A DNA stretch of 64,000 nt from a virus (Duplodnaviria > Heunggongvirae > Uroviricota > Caudoviricetes): the IMG/VR virus record IMGVR_UViG_3300014204_006419. One strand, written 5' to 3'. The translations under genes and the position numbers were made by a program. The notes below the pieces were generated by a model. It ran no database searches and was not told the origin of the DNA. It saw only the letters and a program-made list of their open reading frames with translations. Position 1 is the first letter of the stretch. Each line of letters opens with the position of its first letter. Positions 28,227 through 37,117 of this stretch are shown in pieces.

Positions 28227-28482
28227 CTTTACACCTTTGTTGAATTTTAGTTATATACTCCTCGTATGTTTCACCATTTTTTATCTTGACACCGTAGTAC
28301 TCGTCGAGTTCTCTTCTTCCCGTGTCCCATCCGATTACGAGAAGAATAAGTCCTGTGAATGAACCGATTAGTGGAAATAAACTGTTCTCGGTTAACGTTC
28401 CGAGTACCCAACCTAGTGCTACTATGGCAATCGTTAATCCTAGAATTATCTTTCCTTTCTTTATCGGCTCTGGGATGAGACT
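28213..28482 (-). CDS. small membrane protein (MSLIPEPIKKG...)
   Basis: C-terminal 89 aa of track ORF 28213..28842. The N-terminal 120 aa of that ORF overlap the previous gene in another frame and are treated as spurious. Confidence 0.35.
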   Translation of the reverse strand, partial: SLIPEPIKKGKIILGLTIAIVALGWVLGTLTENSLFPLIGSFTGLILLVIGWDTGRRELDEYYGVKIKNGETYEEYITKIQQRCKDGVN

Positions 28483-28856
28483 CATTTTCTCGCCTTGTCC
28501 ATCTGTTCGCGCATCTGCTTTCCAGCTTCTTGCAGCTTTACCCATGCGTGTGGTATGAAGTGAATTCCACCTTGTGCAATGATTACTAGACCAACTACGA
28601 TGAATCCTCCACCGTTTAGATAATCTCCGCTTGTTAGTTTTGGAATTCCCATTGCGACAATCATTGCTCCAATCAAGAAAATCATACCTTCTTGTACCAT
28701 TGGATTGACTGGTGCTTGTTGTACTCTTGGTTGGATTATTTCTGGCAGTGGTATGCAGTTTGGATACTGTGGATTGATTCTCGTGTGAACCCAATTCTGC
28801 TTGGTATCGTCGTAGTATATCTGTTCTCCGCATCTCTTGCATCTATACAGTGCCAT
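28482..28856 (-). CDS. zinc-ribbon protein with C-terminal TM segments
   Basis: 124 aa. CKRCGEQ at the N-terminus plus hydrophobic C-terminus. Confidence 0.4.
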   Translation of the reverse strand: MALYRCKRCGEQIYYDDTKQNWVHTRINPQYPNCIPLPEIIQPRVQQAPVNPMVQEGMIFLIGAMIVAMGIPKLTSGDYLNGGGFIVVGLVIIAQGGIHFIPHAWVKLQEAGKQMREQMDKARK

Positions 28857-28861
28857 TCAAA

Positions 28862-29044
28862 TCACCTCAATAAATCTGAGTCTTTTATCTCTTCATATTT
28901 TCCACATTTGGTGCATTTTACTAGTATACTCAAAAACTTAATTGTATTATTTCTATTCATATCTACGTCTTTGTCAAGGTTAAGAGTTGTGAGAAAAAAT
29001 ATTGTGCTTCCGCATTTATCACATTTTACTCCAGTGTGCATCAT
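28862..29044 (-). CDS. small zinc-ribbon protein
   Basis: 60 aa. CDKCGS..CTKCGK. Confidence 0.35.
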   Translation of the reverse strand: MMHTGVKCDKCGSTIFFLTTLNLDKDVDMNRNNTIKFLSILVKCTKCGKYEEIKDSDLLR

Positions 29045-29045
29045 T

Positions 29046-29327
29046 CTAAATCGCCTCGATTTCTTCTATGAATCTCCTCGCGTCTTCGGTTTCTTGATTT
29101 GAGTATGCTCTTGATAATTCTACCGCAGCGTAAGAAGAAACGAGAACAAGCAATGCGCTTATTCCGAACGCAGCCCAGATTGGCATCTCAATCTGCTTTG
29201 CTGAATTTACTACCATGCCTAATCCGAAAAGTATCAGGTAGAGATAGTTAATTATGACTACAGCTCCGCAGATTAGCATTCCAGCGATGATTAAGATTTG
29301 GTTTCGATTCATAGGTTCACCACTCAA
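29046..29327 (-). CDS. small membrane protein
   Basis: 93 aa, 3 TM. Confidence 0.3.
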   Translation of the reverse strand: MSGEPMNRNQILIIAGMLICGAVVIINYLYLILFGLGMVVNSAKQIEMPIWAAFGISALLVLVSSYAAVELSRAYSNQETEDARRFIEEIEAI

Positions 29328-29658
29328 TTTTCTCGATGTCTTCTGTACTTTGCTTGTTGTGAAGTTTCCACCAACTTGCTCTAAGTATATCTATCCCAGT
29401 TAGCGCATTACTTATTATGAGCAAGGAAGATATTACAATCATTGCGATTAAATCATATTTTATAGCGTTTGCGGGTAATGCGTTGACTAGATAAACTACT
29501 GAATCTTTGAACATATTTTCTGGTACGTTAGTGTCTAGATAGTTTACCGCAAAAATTAAATTTGCGATTAGCTGCCCCAGCGCATAACAAAGTACAAGCA
29601 CTAACATAGGTATTATGTACGTCAGTGCTTTGTCTACTTTGTTTGAGATATTCTGCAT
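29317..29658 (-). CDS. membrane protein
   Basis: 113 aa, multiple TM. Confidence 0.3.
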   Translation of the reverse strand: MQNISNKVDKALTYIIPMLVLVLCYALGQLIANLIFAVNYLDTNVPENMFKDSVVYLVNALPANAIKYDLIAMIVISSLLIISNALTGIDILRASWWKLHNKQSTEDIEKIEW

Positions 29659-29663
29659 CTAGT

Positions 29664-29951
29664 TCACCATATCTTTTTCGCGTCAGTTCCTTTTAGGCAA
29701 GTGCAAGTATCTGCTATTTCTGACGTTCCTGGTATGTACCTCAGAATCGTGCCGTTAATCTTTGAGCAATCGTCTCCACATTTTACACATGAACTACCAT
29801 AACTTGGATTGTCCTTGCACATTTGATAGCCACTTAGATATGCTATACTTTGTTCTTCGTTAGCATGAACGCATAGTAGATATGCTCCATACCCCATTAA
29901 TACCCCGAATAGCACAATTATTGCAGTTCCGATTATATCCCATTTATCCAT
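29664..29951 (-). CDS. TM + Cys-rich domain protein (paralog of 9654..10007)
   Basis: 95 aa. CVKCGDDCSK..CTCLKG..KKIW. Confidence 0.4.
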   Translation of the reverse strand: MDKWDIIGTAIIVLFGVLMGYGAYLLCVHANEEQSIAYLSGYQMCKDNPSYGSSCVKCGDDCSKINGTILRYIPGTSEIADTCTCLKGTDAKKIW

Positions 29952-29953
29952 GT

Positions 29954-30277
29954 CTACACCCCTTTTGTCTTTATGGTTTCGATTGTGTTCTTCAATCCCT
30001 CAATCGAATCCCCCATGAACTTGAATCTCCTGCATTCGCTGCAGCAGATGAATTCCCATGGCTTCTCTGGCTTTCGAATAAGCCTTCCGTCATCTCCTTT
30101 CATTCCAGTTTCCCAGATTATCTTTGCGCAGACCTTGCATCTGATTACTTCGATGTTCTTGTCCTTCTGCCTCTTCTCAAAGCAGTCTGGGCAGTAAGAT
30201 AGTTTCTTAGGACTTTGGAATTCCTTCTTGCATTCCCAGCAAGTTAGGTTTAGCATTTCTGGTGTCATTGGCTTCAT
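29954..30277 (-). CDS. multi zinc-ribbon protein
   Basis: 107 aa. CWECKK, CPDC, CKVC, CCSEC. Confidence 0.4.
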   Translation of the reverse strand: MKPMTPEMLNLTCWECKKEFQSPKKLSYCPDCFEKRQKDKNIEVIRCKVCAKIIWETGMKGDDGRLIRKPEKPWEFICCSECRRFKFMGDSIEGLKNTIETIKTKGV

Positions 30278-30296
30278 CTTATTACCTCCGTTAATG

Positions 30297-30719
30297 TTAG
30301 CAATCTCCTGCTTCTTCTGCGCTTTGAATCAGTGGGTAATTGTAGTTCAAATCCCATCTGTATCCTGTTGTTTGAATATTATACATTTTTCCGATTGTCA
30401 TATCTCCGTATATTAGGTCGGGATTACTAGAACCAAGATTTGTCAATGAACGGTCAATTTCGAATGCTCTTCCGTCTCTTGCGATAATCATGTAGTGGCT
30501 TCCTTCGCTCCCTGGGTCTATGAATTTATTTTTTACACAAATTGTTGTATTTTCTGAATTTGCTCCAATAGTTCCTAGGCATCCAAACAACATCAGACCC
30601 GCTATGATAACTACTAAGATGGTGTGTTTCATAGAATCACCTATTTCTCTTTCGTCTTCTAAGGTATACATAATCGTCTGTGAATGATAGCACTTCAAAT
30701 CCTTCGTGTTCTTTTTCAA
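30297..30719 (-). CDS. lipoprotein-like secreted protein (probable true start near 30632: MKHTILVVIIAGLMLFGC)
   Basis: Signal peptide plus LFGC lipobox-like motif. The upstream part of the track ORF overlaps a 50-aa small ORF (30643..30795) that sits behind leader module copy G. Confidence 0.35.
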   Translation of the reverse strand: MKKNTKDLKCYHSQTIMYTLEDEREIGDSMKHTILVVIIAGLMLFGCLGTIGANSENTTICVKNKFIDPGSEGSHYMIIARDGRAFEIDRSLTNLGSSNPDLIYGDMTIGKMYNIQTTGYRWDLNYNYPLIQSAEEAGDC

Positions 30720-30808
30720 ATTGGATTATCTCTTCTGTTTCATCATCTAGACAAAAGTTTATTCGTTTGAATTCGTACTCGCTTGGTTTACCAAAAGTTT
30801 TCATGCTA

Positions 30809-30870
30809 ATCATCCAACGGACATCCGTTCATGTAGTATCTCTGTACGCCAATATATTAAAAGGTTTCGG
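30809..30870 (-). promoter_or_regulatory. conserved promoter/5'-leader module, copy G (subfamily 2; hairpin 30816-30829)
   Basis: AACGG-ACAT-CCGTT hairpin, CATGTAGTATCTCTGTACGCCAATATATT box shared with copy E. Confidence 0.55.
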
Positions 30871-30871
30871 T

Positions 30872-31183
30872 TTATTTCGCGGCGTTCTTTACAGGGATTT
30901 CTTTGACAACCTTTACTGGTGCGGCTTCTTTAATCGCATTTACAATTGTTTCTGCGACGTATTTTGCGCGACCACATTCTTGAGAGCAGGTTCCGTCTTC
31001 GAACATATCTCCCACTTCGTCGCTTGATACTCCACAAACTACGCAGTTCTGTTCAACTTCCTCTGGCTCTTCTGTGGTCTCTTCTTTGTCCTCATCTTTA
31101 CCATATTTTAGCACAAAATAAACCGCTACCCCGATGAGTAACAATATTGCGCCTAAAATTATAGTTGGTACTAGTTCTGTCAT
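30872..31183 (-). CDS. TM-anchored acidic Cys-containing protein
   Basis: 103 aa, N-terminal TM helix. Confidence 0.35.
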   Translation of the reverse strand: MTELVPTIILGAILLLIGVAVYFVLKYGKDEDKEETTEEPEEVEQNCVVCGVSSDEVGDMFEDGTCSQECGRAKYVAETIVNAIKEAAPVKVVKEIPVKNAAK

Positions 31184-31184
31184 T

Positions 31185-31907
31185 TCAATCTACCTCTTCG
31201 TTTACACTCATTTTTTGTACACCGTACTTCATTTCGAAAGTTGTTTCGAATATCTTGTTTGTTGCTGCAACTAATGCATCCGAGTTTGTCATTTCTGCTC
31301 CTAGAATCTCTCTTGCAGTTTCGAACGATTTCTTGTACTCGTTCTTGATTATGTCCTCTATATATTCTACAGAGATAACCTCCGAAAGCTCCATTGCGAT
31401 GTCGTCGTCTTCATCGGTAAAAGTTAGCTCTACCGTGACAATAGCCTTTGACTCGAATGCTTTCTTTATCTCTTCTGGGAAATCATTTGGATTTCCATCT
31501 TCGTCAGCTCCGATGCTCACTTTTGTGATGTCACCAGCGATTTTGTCTGCAATTGTGAACCAACTTGGCGAGCTATTATCACTGTCGACTTCATTGTATG
31601 AGAGTATTCTTCCTACCGCTCTCCTAGCATATCCTACGCCTTCAACCACGTTATCACCTTCTTCTGTTGTTTCTTCTGCATCCCTTACTTGCTCCGCATC
31701 TGATTTTGCTTTGCTGTACGCTTCCCATATCTTATTTTTTGTCTCGTCACTTAGTGTTGTAGAACTTAATGTGCGTTGGGTACTTCTTGGATGCTGTTCT
31801 CTGTACTTTTCTTCCTCGCTTTTACTACCTGCTAAAACCTTTATTGCGATTACTGCCAATAGAAGTCCAACAAGTGCGGGAAGAACTATTCCACATAAAT
31901 CCATCAT
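31185..31907 (-). CDS. membrane-anchored acidic protein
   Basis: 240 aa. N-terminal TM, then an acidic low-complexity region. The S-rich plus-strand ORF 31165..31950 is its shadow. Confidence 0.4.
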   Translation of the reverse strand: MMDLCGIVLPALVGLLLAVIAIKVLAGSKSEEEKYREQHPRSTQRTLSSTTLSDETKNKIWEAYSKAKSDAEQVRDAEETTEEGDNVVEGVGYARRAVGRILSYNEVDSDNSSPSWFTIADKIAGDITKVSIGADEDGNPNDFPEEIKKAFESKAIVTVELTFTDEDDDIAMELSEVISVEYIEDIIKNEYKKSFETAREILGAEMTNSDALVAATNKIFETTFEMKYGVQKMSVNEEVD

Positions 31908-31957
31908 ATCACCTTTGGTGAGGCTTTGGGGTAATTTAGTGAAAGCCTAACTATGCC

Positions 31958-33256
31958 TTAATATGGCTTCTCTGGTTTCTTTCCCAATGAAGACAACACA
32001 GATGCTAACTTTGATGTATTCTCAGCACCAAGTGTCTCCATCATCAGATTTGCGGCTACACCCTCTTTTGCACCTACGCTGAAGTTTCCAAGAACTCCTC
32101 CGCTGAAGATTTCTTGGGTACTTCCCGCAACGATATGGATTGTCGCTTTCTCGAATCCTTTCTGTAGTGCATATTCATGGGCAAGCCCAATCTCTTTTAC
32201 GGCTTTAATCTTTTCGATGTTTGTTGCAGAATCGTTGTATTTCTGCTGCGCCTCGGCAAGTTTCTCGATACCTTCAGCATCGGCAACCTTCTTTGCTTTG
32301 ATGATTTCTGCCTCTGCAAGACCTGTTGTCTTTGTTCTTGCTGCGTCACCTTCTGCTTCAAGTTCGGCTTTCTTCTTGAATGCTTCCGCATTCTTTGTGA
32401 TAACTTCACGGTTTACATCGGCATTCCCGACATCAAGCTTTCTCTTTGCCTCAACCTTCTGTTGGTTGGCTTCGGCTTCCATTTCTGCAACCTTCTTTGA
32501 CTGGTCTTGCTGTGCAATTCCAATCTGCCTGTCCTTTTCAATCTGTCTCTTGCGGTACTCTTCTTCTGTAGATGCACGAATCAATTCTGCCTCTTTCAGA
32601 TTCTGAGCTTCTGAAATCTGTGCCCTCTTGTTCTCTTCTGCTGTCTTGACACGAGCATCTGCACTGATTGTTGCCGCAGACTTTCTCTCAATATCTTTGA
32701 TGATTGTACTCTCTTCTGCATCGGTTATTGCAATAATCTCAAGGTCAACTAATGACAGACCCCAACGTGGGAATACGTCCTTCACCTCATCAGTAACTGC
32801 TTTTACCAGCTGTGCTCTGTTCTTGAATATATCAGAAATTGTTTGCTGTGTTGCTACGGTTCTTCCGATAGATGCAAGAATTGCTTCGAAGTCACTGGAG
32901 ATTGCAATTGGTTGGTCTTCAAACTTATACTTCTCTACTGTAATTTCAGTTCTTTCCGCAGCCAAAAGTGGGTCGCTGATATTAACGAAGCAGACCAAAT
33001 CGCACATGAACTTCGCCATGTTTGAATCGTTCAACTTTACGTCTTTAATATCTATCCTCAAGTTATTGAGAGGAAGACGAATCACTTTTGTTACTCCTGG
33101 AACTATCCAGTAACTCGATTTCGTTTTCTGTCCCTCGATTACACGCGGAGAAAATAGTTCTTTCTTATCGAACATATTCCTAACGTGTGCTTCGTTGGCT
33201 GGTACAACTTTGTAAAGACCAACTGCTCCTCCTACTAAGTCCAATATTTCGCTCAT
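31958..33256 (-). CDS. SPFH/band-7 flotillin-like protein
   Basis: 432 aa. N-terminal SPFH-like region followed by a long A/E/K-rich coiled coil (AEAE..KR repeats) typical of flotillins. Confidence 0.7.
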   Translation of the reverse strand: MSEILDLVGGAVGLYKVVPANEAHVRNMFDKKELFSPRVIEGQKTKSSYWIVPGVTKVIRLPLNNLRIDIKDVKLNDSNMAKFMCDLVCFVNISDPLLAAERTEITVEKYKFEDQPIAISSDFEAILASIGRTVATQQTISDIFKNRAQLVKAVTDEVKDVFPRWGLSLVDLEIIAITDAEESTIIKDIERKSAATISADARVKTAEENKRAQISEAQNLKEAELIRASTEEEYRKRQIEKDRQIGIAQQDQSKKVAEMEAEANQQKVEAKRKLDVGNADVNREVITKNAEAFKKKAELEAEGDAARTKTTGLAEAEIIKAKKVADAEGIEKLAEAQQKYNDSATNIEKIKAVKEIGLAHEYALQKGFEKATIHIVAGSTQEIFSGGVLGNFSVGAKEGVAANLMMETLGAENTSKLASVLSSLGKKPEKPY

Positions 33257-33270
33257 TCAAATCCCTCCAT

Positions 33271-33471
33271 TTATCTTACACTATTCCAATCGCAAGAAAT
33301 CCCGCGTGAATATTCTAGGCAGGTTATTTGCGTACCGTTTTTTAAGATTGGGTGAACTTCATAGATTCCGTAAACTGTTCCACCGTATGAATCATCAGTG
33401 GTAGACACATTTGTGCATCCAAAAAACAAAAGTCCTACAAGTAATACTAACGCTAAAAGCTTTCCGTTCAT
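33271..33471 (-). CDS. small secreted/lipoprotein-like protein
   Basis: 66 aa. Signal peptide with LFFGC. Confidence 0.3.
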   Translation of the reverse strand: MNGKLLALVLLVGLLFFGCTNVSTTDDSYGGTVYGIYEVHPILKNGTQITCLEYSRGISCDWNSVR

Positions 33472-33594
33472 GCTAATGCACCTCTGGAAATAAATCCACA
33501 GAATACTCCAACTCCATAGCTTCCGAGCATCAATAAAACAATTGCAACGAAAGTTGTTTTTCTTTCTACAGTAACAAATTCAACCATACCCATG

Positions 33595-34227
33595 TTAACC
33601 ACTTCCTGTGATGTTGAATACTACTGTTGGTGCGGTTTGTGCAGTATCTGTTGCAGCGAACATCTTCCACTTGTTTGCGTTGAAGTTGAACATTCCAGCG
33701 ATAATATTATTCGGGAATGTCTGGAGCGTGTTCTTGTAGTTCTGTACTTCAGTGTTGTACTCGTCTCTCTCGTACTTCACACGGTTCTCAGTTCCTTCTA
33801 GTTGACTCTGCAAATCTCTGAATGCTTGTGTTGATTGAATTGTTGGATATGCTTCAACCACTACTAGCAATCTTGAGATTGCAGATTCCATTTGTGTGTC
33901 TGCAGCATTCACAGCATCAGTATCTCCTGGCTGTGCGTTTGCAACGGATTGTCCTGCGGTTCCTGCTTGGCTTCTGTACTGCGCTATCTTGGTTAGTGTT
34001 GATTGCTCAAAGTTTGCTGAACCCTGCACAGTTGCGACCAAATTTGGTACCAATTCTGCTCTGCGCTGATATACACTCTGTACGTTTCCCCAGTGTGCTG
34101 CAACACTGTTATCTGCTTGCACCATACTATTGTAGATTCCTCCAATTGTAGATATTCCGATTAACGCTACAACTGCAAGAACCGTTAGCACTGCAATCAA
34201 ACCAATTCCTAGTTCTTTCAATCCCAT
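33595..34227 (-). CDS. LemA family protein
   Basis: 210 aa. N-terminal TM, then HWGNVQSVYQRRAELVPNLV (LemA consensus W..V...RR.DLIPNLV). Confidence 0.75.
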   Translation of the reverse strand: MGLKELGIGLIAVLTVLAVVALIGISTIGGIYNSMVQADNSVAAHWGNVQSVYQRRAELVPNLVATVQGSANFEQSTLTKIAQYRSQAGTAGQSVANAQPGDTDAVNAADTQMESAISRLLVVVEAYPTIQSTQAFRDLQSQLEGTENRVKYERDEYNTEVQNYKNTLQTFPNNIIAGMFNFNANKWKMFAATDTAQTAPTVVFNITGSG

Positions 34228-34236
34228 ATTTTCACC

Positions 34237-34854
34237 TCAAACTCTCTTGACTCTAAATGGAATTTCACTGTCCAGTTTAGTCTCACATGTGCATGGAATA
34301 CAGTAGCACTTCATGCACTCTCTGACTATATCCAAGTGTTCCATATGATTTTCGCGTGATGAATTCTCGTTGAAACGCAGTTGAATGTCCCGTTTCATTT
34401 TTCTTTGTGGGTGGATTTCTCTGCGGTACCAGAATCCTCCTTCTTTCTTGAAGTATTTCTCTTTGACCAACTGTGACAAACTTTCATCGTCTTCTCTCAT
34501 TTGATATATTGGTGCGTCCATTGGAATCATTTCATAATCTACCTTTGATGGAACTTTCTCTCCGAATATCCCGCATCCCCAGTAATTGAATGCTTCATCA
34601 AAACCGCAAATCTGTATTGTGTTCTCGGTTTCGTATTTTGTATCTGCAGGAGCAAATACTTGCCCAACTTCCTTACCATTCAGCATAATTCTAATCTGGT
34701 TAGGAGATTCTAGTTCAAATGTTATTTTTCCTTTCATATCAATCACCTTAGAACTTTCCTCCTCCGCCTCCAAAACTTCCTCCTCCGAAACTGCCTCCAC
34801 TGAAACCTCCACTAGATGGGATACTGAAGCTTCCACTGTCGTGGTCATCATCAA
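34237..34854 (-). CDS. hypothetical protein
   Basis: 205 aa. The N-terminus overlaps the TPM gene, so the true start is probably internal. Confidence 0.3.
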   Translation of the reverse strand: MMMTTTVEASVSHLVEVSVEAVSEEEVLEAEEESSKVIDMKGKITFELESPNQIRIMLNGKEVGQVFAPADTKYETENTIQICGFDEAFNYWGCGIFGEKVPSKVDYEMIPMDAPIYQMREDDESLSQLVKEKYFKKEGGFWYRREIHPQRKMKRDIQLRFNENSSRENHMEHLDIVRECMKCYCIPCTCETKLDSEIPFRVKRV

Positions 34855-35515
34855 ACATGCTCATTCCTGCAAGTACCCCGATTCCAAAATCATTATCGTC
34901 TTCTTTATGATGTCTTCCTTTTGTTGAACCCGAACCACCAAGAAAAACTGGTATTGCCACACAAAGTATTCCGATTAAAACTAGAAAAGGGAATATCTGC
35001 CAGTAACTAGTCATTATAACTTGTGGGTCATTTGTAGTAGTCTGCGGAGTATTTTGACTAACGATAGTCTTGTTCATCTCAGAAATTATGTATGCAAATC
35101 CATCGTAGTACGACCTGTTGTCAAAATATGGTCTAGCGGTTCTTCCGATTTCAGCCACTCGTGCATCGGTTATCACAGATTCGATTCCTCTCCCAGTTGC
35201 AATTGCGCCGCCTTTCTCGTTATTCATTGACCATAAGATTACAATTCCGTTATCTGTAGCTCTCTTTCCAACTCCGTTCTGTTCTCCTATATGGTTTGCG
35301 TAGAGTGTGCTGTCTTCTCCGTTTGTTGAATTTAATGTGAGTACTGCGATTTCTACGCTCGTATTCTTCTCGATTGTAGCAATCTGTAAGTTTAGATTGT
35401 TGATTTCAGTTGCAGATAGCAGATGCGCAGTGTCGGTCACGTATGGTGTCATTGTTGGATATGCGATAGCTAGTACCGAAAACATAACCAATGCGATTAA
35501 AATATTGAGTTTCAT
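34748..35515 (-). CDS. TPM-domain (TLP18.3/Psb32/YgcG-like) protein with C-terminal TM and Gly-rich tail
   Basis: 255 aa. Signal peptide, TPM fold motifs (YVTDTAHLLS..., IAVLT..., GIVILWS), TM helix, GGSFGGGSFGGGGG tail. Confidence 0.7.
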   Translation of the reverse strand: MKLNILIALVMFSVLAIAYPTMTPYVTDTAHLLSATEINNLNLQIATIEKNTSVEIAVLTLNSTNGEDSTLYANHIGEQNGVGKRATDNGIVILWSMNNEKGGAIATGRGIESVITDARVAEIGRTARPYFDNRSYYDGFAYIISEMNKTIVSQNTPQTTTNDPQVIMTSYWQIFPFLVLIGILCVAIPVFLGGSGSTKGRHHKEDDNDFGIGVLAGMSMFDDDHDSGSFSIPSSGGFSGGSFGGGSFGGGGGKF

Positions 35516-36171
35516 CGTGCATCACCGTTCATAAACTTCAGCGAGTTAATCCACAGGTATCCAATTACTAGTACAATGAATACAAGTATGCCAACTGCGC
35601 CAAGAATAATGCTTTGAATTACGCTTGGAGGAAGCGAAATTACATATCCAATTGCATTCCCTATTTGTTGAAGTACCCAGAGAATTATTCCAAGTACTGT
35701 GAGTATAAGACCGATTATTGTGAATATGTGAAGTTCGTACACTACTGCTGGACTGAAAGAAATTATTTTTCGTAATAACGCAAATGCAAGTTTATTGGTA
35801 GTTTCATTTGGTTTGCTTCTATCAACTTTCCAGTACATAATTTCCATTATCACGAATGCAATTCCTACGTATACACTAAGTACAATAGCCGATATTGATG
35901 CCAATTCGGTATGTACTGTAGTGCACCATATTATGAATAGTATTGGGCATATGATTAACCAAAATGTATTACCAATCGCTTTGAATTTGTGACAAGTTAA
36001 ATCCCAATAAAACTGGTCGAGTTCGCGTTTTGAGCTAGCCATCTCAAAACATTCCTGACAAATAGGAAAGTACACACCGTCATCTTTTATGTCTCTTTTC
36101 ATTACGGGTATATCTAACATTTCGCAGTAATGGCAGACTCCGATTTCCTCTTGCTCGAATTTCTTGACCAT
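35512..36171 (-). CDS. N-terminal zinc-ribbon + polytopic membrane protein (tandem paralog A)
   Basis: 219 aa. CHYCE...CQEC, 4-5 TM helices, shared WKVDRSKP motif. Confidence 0.45.
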   Translation of the reverse strand: MVKKFEQEEIGVCHYCEMLDIPVMKRDIKDDGVYFPICQECFEMASSKRELDQFYWDLTCHKFKAIGNTFWLIICPILFIIWCTTVHTELASISAIVLSVYVGIAFVIMEIMYWKVDRSKPNETTNKLAFALLRKIISFSPAVVYELHIFTIIGLILTVLGIILWVLQQIGNAIGYVISLPPSVIQSIILGAVGILVFIVLVIGYLWINSLKFMNGDAR

Positions 36172-36816
36172 TTAATCACAATCCTTGAACTTCAGTGAGT
36201 TCAGATATGCTCCAATGTATCCGATTGTGGTAATCAATACAATTCCAAGAGTACCGATTATGAATTTGATTATTTCATTTGGTGGTAGGGTTACGAAATA
36301 ACCGATTATCCCTTCTGAAATCATTACTAACGTGAATATCGCAGCACCAACGGTTTCTACTGCGGATACTAGTATTACTGCGGGAATTAGTGAAACTAGT
36401 TTTCTGTATATCGCAAAAACGAGTTTGTTTTCTCCCTTTTTTGGCTTTGAACGGTCTGCTTTCCAGTAGAACAGTTCCATTAGAGTAAGTGCAAGTAGTA
36501 CCGCAAATCCCATAGTCATTAAAAATATCCCTGGAAATCCTGCTACAATACCCAATGATATGAGCAGTGCTACTGGGATTAATAGGACTAATGGCGACTC
36601 TGAGCTGAGACAGTTCTGATAAAAATTAACTAGCTTATCTGATTTTATTGCGTTAAAGCAGTCCTTGCAGATATATTTTGTATTCCATCTATCGCAACCT
36701 AGCGTGCTCATTAGTACAACATTTTCTTTGTTACAGTAATTGCAGGTACCTGTTCTTATTACTTTGATACCAGACCCGATGGGTTTGAATTCGTTTGGCA
36801 TTTCCATGACAATCAC
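36172..36816 (-). CDS. N-terminal zinc-ribbon + polytopic membrane protein (tandem paralog B)
   Basis: 214 aa. CNYCNK...CKDC, shared WKADRSKP motif. Same architecture as 35512..36171. Confidence 0.45.
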   Translation of the reverse strand: MIVMEMPNEFKPIGSGIKVIRTGTCNYCNKENVVLMSTLGCDRWNTKYICKDCFNAIKSDKLVNFYQNCLSSESPLVLLIPVALLISLGIVAGFPGIFLMTMGFAVLLALTLMELFYWKADRSKPKKGENKLVFAIYRKLVSLIPAVILVSAVETVGAAIFTLVMISEGIIGYFVTLPPNEIIKFIIGTLGIVLITTIGYIGAYLNSLKFKDCD

Positions 36817-36817
36817 T

Positions 36818-37117
36818 TCAAATCTCTTTAAGCTTCTCTTTCATTACCCCTGCAGCGGTAACTAGCGCAATCGTAGACATCAATAGAAGTCCTGCACCCA
36901 CTAGTCCACCTAGGAAGATAGTTCCACTTGCGATAATGATTCCCATGAGAATCATCCCAAGACCTATAATTAGTGAATAAACATATGCTCTGCTTGCTGT
37001 TTGCTCTCTCTGATATTCGAGTGCTTCTGTCTTCATTTTATCTATTGAATCTTGTGTCAAGTCACCTACTGACTCGATTTTATCAATTTCACTTTCATCA
37101 GTGAACTGTTCAGCCAT
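36818..37117 (-). CDS. small membrane protein
   Basis: 99 aa, 2 TM. Downstream of leader module copy D. Confidence 0.4.
   Translation of the reverse strand: MAEQFTDESEIDKIESVGDLTQDSIDKMKTEALEYQREQTASRAYVYSLIIGLGMILMGIIIASGTIFLGGLVGAGLLLMSTIALVTAAGVMKEKLKEI

Noticed and set aside
28213-28842. 209-aa ORF as a single gene
   Set aside because: Its N-terminal 120 aa (R/S/T-rich, no features) overlap the zinc-ribbon gene 28482..28856 in another frame. Only the C-terminal 89 aa from MSLIPEP, starting exactly at the upstream gene's stop, look like a real TM protein.
31165-31950. 261-aa plus-strand S-rich ORF
   Set aside because: Serine-rich low-complexity translation, antisense to the acidic (E/D-rich) minus-strand gene 31185..31907. 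It is a shadow ORF, and the strand is inconsistent with all its neighbours.
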